From a virus, in IMG/VR virus record IMGVR_UViG_3300032334_001950, positions 8,254 through 72,253 of that record: DNA of 64,000 nucleotides. One strand, given 5' to 3'. Below, piece by piece: positions 51,033-59,070 of this stretch (the first letter of the stretch is position 1; every line of letters starts with the position of its first letter). The notes beneath the pieces were generated by a model that saw nothing but the letters and a program-made list of their open reading frames with translations, did not search any database and was not told the origin of the DNA. A program made the position numbers and the translations under genes.

Positions 51033-51286
51033 CCCGTCAATCCCCCGGTTCGTATCAAATAATCCAGAATACGGTCCAGTTTTTTATGAACGGATTCCAT
51101 TTCACGCCTGAAATCTTCTTTTAGCACATAATCACGGATAACGCGATCCTCTAGGGTATCCAAATCATCTTCAATGCGCTCCAGGCGCCGGTCAATTTTA
51201 TTTTGGAAGCCAGAAAAAGCCTTGCTGATACCGGTAAATGCTCCGATGGCCCCGGAAGCAGCTGCAAAAATAATGTCCAGGCCCAC
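51029..51286 (-). CDS. small TM plus coiled-coil protein (holin/XhlA-like candidate)
   Basis: Hydrophobic N-terminus, YV.KEDF..KLDRILDYL; opposite strand in the late block. Confidence 0.55.
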   Translation of the reverse strand: MGLDIIFAAASGAIGAFTGISKAFSGFQNKIDRRLERIEDDLDTLEDRVIRDYVLKEDFRREMESVHKKLDRILDYLIRTGGLTG

Positions 51287-51352
51287 GTTAAATTGAATAT
51301 GCTTTGCTCATTCTAATAGGTGCAACAATTGTAGTTGCGTTAGGATAGTACC

Positions 51353-51757
51353 ATGTCAACACAAGTACAATTTCGTAGAGGAACAACTGCCGACATCAGC
51401 GGTTTCACGGGAGCCGTTGGTGAGGTAGTTGTCGATATTACAAAGAATACAGTTGTCGTTAACAATGGCGTCAAGGCGGGCGGTTACCCGCTTTTGCGTG
51501 AAGACTGTACAAACATTGGACTATCGCCAGGCTCACTGGCCAGTTGCGCCATTAAATTTGCAAATAGCTCAAACACCGGCATCTATAGCCCTGTTTTAGG
51601 TTCGGTTGCCCTGGTTACGAACGGTGTGGCGGGGCTTACAATAGATTCATCGGGTGCCATCACCATCCCTGGAAACGTTTCCATCACAGGTAATGTTTCA
51701 ATTGGGGGGACCTTTACTTCCGCTGACAACCTCGCTCTTATCGTTGCTCTAAGTTGA
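51353..51757 (+). CDS. tail fibre protein with Mtd-N-like N-terminal domain
   Basis: QVQFRRGTT..FTGAVGEVVVD..GVKAGGYPL. Confidence 0.7.
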   Translation: MSTQVQFRRGTTADISGFTGAVGEVVVDITKNTVVVNNGVKAGGYPLLREDCTNIGLSPGSLASCAIKFANSSNTGIYSPVLGSVALVTNGVAGLTIDSSGAITIPGNVSITGNVSIGGTFTSADNLALIVALS

Positions 51758-51758
51758 C

Positions 51759-53241
51759 ATGGCAAATACATTCACGAGAAGTACAAAGTCAAGCTTAGTG
51801 CAGTCCACTACTGGGACAAACGAATCCAATACTGCAACGACCTTCGATATTGTTACAGCCGGGGGTTCTGCAACTCTAATTCTTTTGAGTGTATTAATCT
51901 CCAACAAAACGGGGAGTAGCGCCAACGGTAATGTTTATTTGTTGCCAAGTGGGGGTACAGGTGTTTACTTATTGAAAAATGCTCCCGTTCCTGCGGGCTC
52001 ATCTCTTGAGATGATTTCAGGAAGTAAAATCATCATGACAGCTAACGATATACTTCGTGCCAGCTCCGATACGGCTTCGGCCTTAGATGTAACTATTAGT
52101 TATCTGCAGCAGACATAATGGCACTTACACAAGTTGATGCCAACCAGCTGAACTCTAACGTATTCAATGTTGTTGGGCCTTTTCGTAACCGCTTGATCAA
52201 TGGTTCAATGCAGGTTGCACAAAGAGGCACATCAGCTACGGTAACTGCTGGTACGGCGGTTCCAACTGCTAGTACCGGCTATCCCACCGTTGATCGTTGG
52301 TATGTCTATTCTACTGGTGCAAACGTTACGGCAGCACAAGTTTCTGGTTCTGGGTCGGTTAGAAACCGCTTGCAGATCACAGGTGCGGCTTCTGTTACAG
52401 CTGTTGGCATTGGCCAACGTATCGAAGCGCTCAATTCTTATGATCTTGCTGGCAGTAATGTTACTCTTAGCGTTGACCTGGCAAATTCTCTACTAACAAC
52501 AGTAACCTGGACTGCATATTATGCTACGTCGACCGATACTTTTGGTACCGTTGGTACGGCAACTAGAACGCAAATTGCCACAGGTACATTTACGGTTTCA
52601 AGTACGGTAACTCGGTATTCGGCAAACATTGCAATCCCTGCCGCAGCCACAACCGGTATTGAAATTGTATTTACTGTTGGTGCTCAAATCAGCGGGACAT
52701 GGACGGTCGGCAACGTACAACTTGAAACGGGATTGGTAAACAGCACTTTTGAACAACGTAGCTATCAACAAGAACTTGGATTGTGCCAGCGCTATTACCA
52801 AAAAACAAACGCCGCTTGGATTGTAGATACATCATTGTTAAACCAAGCCAAGTATCATATTGTCACAATGAGGACAACACCAACTGTATTAGGGGGCGGA
52901 GCAGGATATAGTTATAGCGGAAATGGGGAAGTCCTAGTTGAATCGCAAACAGCCAGGGCAACAGCAAGCATTACTTATTCAGCGGAGGTGTCATGATGTA
53001 TGCGCTAACGACTTCAGGGGGCATTTTGCGGTTGGCGGATAATGCATTTATTCCTGCTGATATTACTAATTCGGATTACACTATGTATTTGCAGTGGTTA
53101 AATGAGTCCACTGTAGTTGATCTTGCTGCCCCAATTGCGGAAGTAGTCTCCGTAGACGCGGAACTTTTAAATGCGGCATTCCCGGCAAACGTGGATTTGA
53201 TGGAGCCTGAAACGGCTACAATTGATATCACAGCAGAGTAA
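51759..53241 (+). CDS. three tail/fibre module genes (51759-52118, 52118-52996, 52993-53241)
   Basis: FRNRLINGSMQVAQRGT...VQLETG...ELGLCQRYY fibre domain followed by a small IP.D..NSDY..YLQWL chaperone-like ORF. Confidence 0.7.
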
Positions 53242-53246
53242 TAGCA

Positions 53247-56159
53247 ATGGCTTATTTAGGGAACAATTTGAAAGCGGCTTATTCCGCTTACCTTTTAATT
53301 GATAGCATTAGTGCGAGCTTCAACGGTACGGCGACATCATTTGCTCTTACCGTTAATGGCGTTACTCCTGTCCCCTTTCCCCTTAACGAGCAAAACGTCC
53401 TGATCTCTGTTGGTGGCGTCCCACAAAAACCAGATCCAACTGGTGCAGAAGGATTTAAATTTTCTGGTACCAATATTGTTTTTAGTTCTGCACCAAAAAC
53501 CGGTGAAGCTTTTTGGGGTGTTGTACTTGCTGGGGCTGATTATGTCAATGTTGGTGTTAGCTACCCAAACGGAAGTGCCGCAACCCCTAGCATTACATTT
53601 AATACGGCAAAAACAACGGGACTCTACTTGGCGGGTATTTCTACGTTAGGTTTTGCTACTTCCGGTATTCTTCGGTCCACAATTGATTCAAACGGTAATT
53701 TTTCTGTATTATCCGCCGGCTTGGCCACTGCTCCAGCAGTTTCCATTGGAACAGGGACGACTTATGCCCCAGGCCTCTATTCCCCCGGAACAAATCAACT
53801 GGCTATTAGCACTAGCGGTACCGGGCGACTGTATGTAGATGCAAGCGGCAAAGTTGGGATTGGTACTTCAAGTCCTCAGGCAAAGTTACATATTTCTGAT
53901 TTAACTGCTAGCGCTATTGAACTGTTGCGACTTCAGGTCAACTTAACCAGCCCTTCTGGCAATAAATCAATCACTTGGGCTGACGCTACTGACGTAGTTG
54001 GCCGAATCAGCATAGATTACACATCCCCTACCGCAAAGATGCGGTTCGGTTCTTTATACAACAGTGGCTATCAGACTTCGGATTTGATGACGTTGGACGC
54101 GAGCGGCAACCTTGGGTTGGGGGCAACCAGCCCAAGCTCTTACGTCCAGAACGGCGGATTAGCGGTTTATCGCAATGCCAATAACTCTCAGCCTCATGTA
54201 TCCTTTGGCAATACCAGCAACTTAGTTAATTCTGCCGAGGTCGTCTCCATAAACTCGGATACAGCATCTTGCCTTATTACAACGACTTCTTCGACTTGGA
54301 ATAATTACGGGATACTCAGAACTGCTTCAACAACAATAGCCTCAACCAACTTCCTAGCGTTTGGCTCAGCCTCAGGGTTTATCTTTGGCACAGGGACTAA
54401 CCCTTACTCTGAAGTTACTCGCATCGACAGCAGCGGCAACGTTGGGATTGGGGTGGTGCCGAGCGCTTGGGTGGCTAACTCAAGAGCCATTCAGATTTTG
54501 GCCGCAACGTCTTTATCTCAAACGGCAAACGGATACACTAATCTTTCGAGTAACGCATACGAATCATCAATAGATACTTACAAATACATTGGGGGTGGGT
54601 TTGCATCGCTTTATCAACAACTAGTTGGCCAACACCGCTGGTACACTGCCCCCTCCGGCACCGCATCCAACACCATCACCTTCACGCAGGCGATGACGTT
54701 GGATGCGTCGGGGCGATTAAGCCTGGGCGCTACTAGCACAACCGCTAATTTACAAGTTGGAGGTAGCACCGCAGCATCTAAGGTGTTGATTTATGGCGGC
54801 GCTGCAGGATCTACTTATCCAGAACTTGTCTTGTACGGGGCTTCCTCCGATAACAATTGGACAATAAGAGGTGATCACGGTACAGCCCTGTCCATTGCGA
54901 AGGGAACGTTTGGAAGTTACGGATCAGCTTTATTGACAATTCTTTCCGGAGGCAACGTAGGGATTGGCACTTTAAGCCCTGATGCCAACTTAGACGTGGT
55001 TCGGGGAAGTAATGGAACTGTTGCCACCTTTGGAATTGAGGGTCTTACTATAAATCCAAGGCTACGTATTGACGTTAGTGAAAGCAATAATACAATTACT
55101 TTCAATCCCAACTATTCCGGCGCAACGTCTCCTTCGCTTGTTTTTAATACACAAGAAATCGAACGCATGCGCATCGACAGCAGCGGCAGGCTCTTAGTTG
55201 GTACTACTCTTACTGCGGACTTTGGATCGGTAATTCAAACATCACAAACTAGTGGAACCGGAGCATTTGAAGCGTTTCAATATTCAAATTCAACAGCTTA
55301 TCCTTTCATAACATGTGCAAAATCTCGTGGAGTATCAGTCGGTACAAATACTATTGTTCAAAGCGGAGATCCACTTGGGGAGGTTATTTTCCGTGGAGCA
55401 GACGGCACTAACTATGTCACAGCCGCTTTAATTACGGCTTATGTAGACGGCACTCCTGGCCTTAATGACATGCCAGGCCGCCTAGTGTTCTCCACTACGG
55501 CAGATGGTGCAGCTAGTCCAACGGAGCGGATGAGGATTGGTAGTAACGGATTCCTAAAAGTAAGCCCTAATGGAACTTACTTTGATGTAACTGGAAATCA
55601 TCATGAATTATATACATACGGATCCTCTCCTTACCTTCTTTGGGCTACCCATGCTGGAACGGGAGGCACTGCAAATGGTATAACTATTAACTATTCGGCA
55701 GCCACTCCTCCCAATAATACGAGCAACGAGTTTCTTCGTTGTTTTGATACAAATGGTTCGGTTCTTCGCGCAAGCATCCGTTCTAACGGTGGCCTAGCCA
55801 ACTATCAAGCCAATAATGTTAACCTTTCAGACATCAACACAAAAAAAGACATTAGCCCTGCTGCCGACACTTGGAGCTGCGTAAAAGAATGGGAGATCGT
55901 TAACTACCGCTACAAAGATCAACCAGATGATTCTGATCTAAATCTTGGCGTAATTGCTCAGCAAGTAGCAGAAAGCTGCCCCGAAGTTATAACTATTTTC
56001 CAAGAATCTAAAGAAGCTACGAATAAAACGCTTGCCCAGGAAAAACGCCTTGGTATTAAAGAGCAGCAAATGTATTGGATGGCAATCAAAGCCTTGCAGG
56101 AAGCAATGGAGCGCATCGAAACTCTGGAAGCCAAAATCACTGCGCTGGAAGGCACGTAG
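53247..56159 (+). CDS. long tail fibre with C-terminal intramolecular chaperone (peptidase S74-like)
   Basis: Repeated RIDSSGNVGIG units; LSDINTKKDI...GVIAQQV...KALQEAMERIETLEAKI. Confidence 0.88.
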   Translation: MAYLGNNLKAAYSAYLLIDSISASFNGTATSFALTVNGVTPVPFPLNEQNVLISVGGVPQKPDPTGAEGFKFSGTNIVFSSAPKTGEAFWGVVLAGADYVNVGVSYPNGSAATPSITFNTAKTTGLYLAGISTLGFATSGILRSTIDSNGNFSVLSAGLATAPAVSIGTGTTYAPGLYSPGTNQLAISTSGTGRLYVDASGKVGIGTSSPQAKLHISDLTASAIELLRLQVNLTSPSGNKSITWADATDVVGRISIDYTSPTAKMRFGSLYNSGYQTSDLMTLDASGNLGLGATSPSSYVQNGGLAVYRNANNSQPHVSFGNTSNLVNSAEVVSINSDTASCLITTTSSTWNNYGILRTASTTIASTNFLAFGSASGFIFGTGTNPYSEVTRIDSSGNVGIGVVPSAWVANSRAIQILAATSLSQTANGYTNLSSNAYESSIDTYKYIGGGFASLYQQLVGQHRWYTAPSGTASNTITFTQAMTLDASGRLSLGATSTTANLQVGGSTAASKVLIYGGAAGSTYPELVLYGASSDNNWTIRGDHGTALSIAKGTFGSYGSALLTILSGGNVGIGTLSPDANLDVVRGSNGTVATFGIEGLTINPRLRIDVSESNNTITFNPNYSGATSPSLVFNTQEIERMRIDSSGRLLVGTTLTADFGSVIQTSQTSGTGAFEAFQYSNSTAYPFITCAKSRGVSVGTNTIVQSGDPLGEVIFRGADGTNYVTAALITAYVDGTPGLNDMPGRLVFSTTADGAASPTERMRIGSNGFLKVSPNGTYFDVTGNHHELYTYGSSPYLLWATHAGTGGTANGITINYSAATPPNNTSNEFLRCFDTNGSVLRASIRSNGGLANYQANNVNLSDINTKKDISPAADTWSCVKEWEIVNYRYKDQPDDSDLNLGVIAQQVAESCPEVITIFQESKEATNKTLAQEKRLGIKEQQMYWMAIKALQEAMERIETLEAKITALEGT

Positions 56160-56274
56160 TCCTACTCACTTCCATGCTTAGCCAAACCAAGTAGTCAACG
56201 CCACTACCCGCCCCAACCGCACTTGAAAATCCGAAGGATAGTGCCTATAATATGCGTGCATTCCCCCTTGCACC

Positions 56275-56472
56275 ATGACCAACCTTAGCGCCAAAGTCAA
56301 TACCTTGATGGCCAGCCTCCAAGAAAAAATCAACACCTATAACGAAACTACTGTAACCCTGGAGAAAACAAAAGAAGAAATCATTGCCTTGCAAGGCGCT
56401 ATTAACGCCATCAAGGAACTACAAGCAGAAGAAAAAGGATCAACAGCCGTCACTCCTGATGTTGTGTCCTGA
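56275..56472 (+). CDS. small coiled-coil protein
   Basis: Heptad pattern; TATAAT 23 nt upstream. Confidence 0.6.
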   Translation: MTNLSAKVNTLMASLQEKINTYNETTVTLEKTKEEIIALQGAINAIKELQAEEKGSTAVTPDVVS

Positions 56473-57280
56473 TTCACAAGCTGATAATCCTGTAACGATC
56501 AAATCAAAGGTCTGGACGGTTTTCAAAAAAGAACCGAAACCTCCAGACCTTTTACCTCCAAGTATGAAAGCGGTTGTTGTCATCAACCGTGAATGGAAGA
56601 ATTGTCAAATCCTTGACAAGAAAAATGGGCACACTTTGGTTCGCCTTCCCTCCACGTTAGGAGAATGGTGGATCCAAGATGAATACTGGTGGGGCGTTGA
56701 TGGGCGACCTATACCATCAAGACAGCTTTCAATTACAACAAAAGTAGGAAGAATACACCTACATGTACCTTATTACAAACAAAAAACAATTGAAGAAGGT
56801 GGTTATAGAAGTTCTTTGTACCTGAGTTGCGCATGTGCGGCCATGTATCTACGGCCCGAAGCATTTGCAAATCCAGATGAATACTACGAAAGAGTGCAAG
56901 GATTCGGTGGTCACGAATCTCCCTACGCCAACGTTGATCTGTTGCGTAGCGTAGGAGTGCGAGCTATCTACTACAAGAATGGCATCCAAGCAGATTTAAA
57001 ACGCGCCATTGATAACTGCTCCCCTGTAATCTGCTGCGCACTAAATGAAGGTGATATGTACAACTCCAAGGGTGAAGGACACTGGGTTACGGTAGTGGGG
57101 TATGACGAAAACAAGAGAAGATACATCGTCAATGATCCCTTAGGTAAATTCTTACATCGTGATGGTACCTACGAACACGACAATGGAGAGGCCGTAGAGT
57201 ACACCACGCTTTTCTTTCGTTACCGTTGGACCGCAGATGGATGGGCGACGGGGTGGTATATCGTTTTTGAAGGTTGGTAA
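56384..57280 (+). CDS. C39-like peptidase domain protein (true start probably near 56460)
   Basis: VPYYKQ, GHWVTVVGYD, IVNDPLG; expected catalytic Cys appears to be Ser. Confidence 0.7.
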   Translation: MPCKALLTPSRNYKQKKKDQQPSLLMLCPDSQADNPVTIKSKVWTVFKKEPKPPDLLPPSMKAVVVINREWKNCQILDKKNGHTLVRLPSTLGEWWIQDEYWWGVDGRPIPSRQLSITTKVGRIHLHVPYYKQKTIEEGGYRSSLYLSCACAAMYLRPEAFANPDEYYERVQGFGGHESPYANVDLLRSVGVRAIYYKNGIQADLKRAIDNCSPVICCALNEGDMYNSKGEGHWVTVVGYDENKRRYIVNDPLGKFLHRDGTYEHDNGEAVEYTTLFFRYRWTADGWATGWYIVFEGW

Positions 57281-57516
57281 GCGTGTTAATATCAAGCCAG
57301 TTGCAAAAAACCGTGGAATCCTTCATTGATGACCTGGCTGCAGGCTTAAAAGCACAGCAGGAAGCATTGGAACAAGAAATTCGACTGGCAGAAACGCAGC
57401 TATTGAGCAAAAAAGAAGGATTTTTGAAGGTACAAGGCGCCTTGGAGCTTGTTGGCATCATCAAACAACGCCAAAATCAACAAGAAAACGAAAATATTCT
57501 AACCAGCATTGAATAA
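57274..57516 (+). CDS. small coiled-coil protein
   Basis: Heptads; LKVQGALE resembles ALQGAIN in 56275-56472. Confidence 0.55.
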   Translation: MVSVLISSQLQKTVESFIDDLAAGLKAQQEALEQEIRLAETQLLSKKEGFLKVQGALELVGIIKQRQNQQENENILTSIE

Positions 57517-57628
57517 TATTTGATATTACACCCAAGAAAGGGGTGATGCTGCCCCAAAAATGAGTGCAAACCCAAGGTGTGAGGCAGGTTTATGCACCGT
57601 AACTTGTGTTTAGAGTTTGAGGCTCTTT

Positions 57629-58045
57629 ATGTTCGATACTGCACATGATTACCTCGCTAATCTTGTTGTTTTAAGCCCAAAACTTGCCCGTAAACGGTTC
57701 AGGCAGCACATTTTTGAATCTTGGAACTGGCGATGCGCCTACTGTGACTGCAGCCTCAACGAAAATACAGCCACTATCGACCATATCCGCCCACGCCATA
57801 AGGGAGGCAAAAGCACCAAAGCAAACATGGCGGCTGCTTGCGTAAAATGCAATTTTCAAAAAGCTTCTCGCCCTGTTTTTGAGTATTACAATGATACCCA
57901 CCCGCATTATTCCGAGCAAAGGGCAAGTAAAATAAAGACGTGGATGGAACAGCAGTCCACTCAATTACACTTAACTTCATTATCAACGGAACACGCCGTT
58001 CCATATCTGGATCATGATAGCTACCTCTGTTGGACAGCCAGTTAA
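57629..58045 (+). CDS. HNH endonuclease
   Basis: CAYC...TIDHIRPRHKGG...NMAAACVKCN..K. Confidence 0.88.
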   Translation: MFDTAHDYLANLVVLSPKLARKRFRQHIFESWNWRCAYCDCSLNENTATIDHIRPRHKGGKSTKANMAAACVKCNFQKASRPVFEYYNDTHPHYSEQRASKIKTWMEQQSTQLHLTSLSTEHAVPYLDHDSYLCWTAS

Positions 58046-58549
58046 CCCACAAGGCAGCACTGCGCCGGTACCTGGACAAACACAAGCACCGGCGCAACCA
58101 CAATCAAATCCAGCTCAATTTGCTCAGAAATATGCAGCAATTTTGCAAAATGTTATTGATCAGCACAAGAAATATCGTATTGCTACCGAATGGGATCACT
58201 TGAATGACGGCGCCGAGAGCATGGCCTTGAATGCCCCCGCACAAGCCGCCAACTATTCTTCCTGATCATGGCGGACCACGCAAAGGCAAAACGGCTTGCC
58301 AAGGCACACATGAAGTGCAATTGTCCTCAAAAAGCACCCCCCGGTGATACCCACAAAAAAGTGGTCAAGAGCTGCCATGATGGGGTTGAGAAAATAATTC
58401 GCTATGGCCGCAGGGGGTACGAAGATTACACGCAACATCATGACAAAGATCGACGCAAGAACTTCCGATCTAGGATGGGGTGTGACAAAGTAACGGATAA
58501 GAACACCGCAAAATACTGGGCTTGCCATGATCTCTGGCCAAATGGGTAA
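58014..58549 (+). CDS. two small proteins (58014-58265; basic 58268-58549)
   Basis: The second has the IRYG..GYEDYTQHHDKDRRKNFRSR..YWA..LW pattern seen in a widespread viral family. Confidence 0.6.
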
Positions 58550-59006
58550 AATCCTAAACAAAAAAGACACCTGTTACCGCGACCTGGTGCAATCACTACG
58601 GGATAGCGTCTACGTGTACCATCAAACCACCATCGTCCACTGGAACTTGATGGGTGGCAAGTTCTATTCAATTCATAAATTGACACAGATGATCTATGAA
58701 GAGATGCAAGAAGGCATTGATACCATTGCAGAGCACCTTCGTTCGCTTGATATCAGTGCTCCTAGGTCTGTTGAGGATTTGACTTATTCCCAGTTCCCTA
58801 AATTGACGGAAGATTGCTTTGCGCAAGATAAGTTAATTGAACAACTGGCGTTAAATCACGACAAGTTAGGAGCAAATTTTGAAGCCTTGGCTGCAGCCGC
58901 CGAAAAGATTGGGGATCAGCTCACCCTTGACTTGGCGGTAGAGCGTGGCCGGGCACACAAAAAATTTCAATGGTTACTGAAGAGTACGTTAAAATACAAA
59001 GAGTGA
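58542..59006 (+). CDS. dps: Dps / ferritin-like protein
   Basis: HWNLMGGKFYSIHKL...IDTIAEH ferroxidase-site signature; HKKFQWLL. Confidence 0.88.
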   Translation: MGKILNKKDTCYRDLVQSLRDSVYVYHQTTIVHWNLMGGKFYSIHKLTQMIYEEMQEGIDTIAEHLRSLDISAPRSVEDLTYSQFPKLTEDCFAQDKLIEQLALNHDKLGANFEALAAAAEKIGDQLTLDLAVERGRAHKKFQWLLKSTLKYKE

Positions 59007-59070
59007 ATGCTTCCAGCTCTTAGTCAGAGCTGTTAGAATTACAAAAAGTTCTCAGCGTTAGGTAAAGTCA

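Noticed and set aside
51353-56159. Diversity-generating retroelement suggested by the Mtd-N-like domain
   Set aside because: No reverse transcriptase and no template/variable repeat pair differing at adenines was seen in the window
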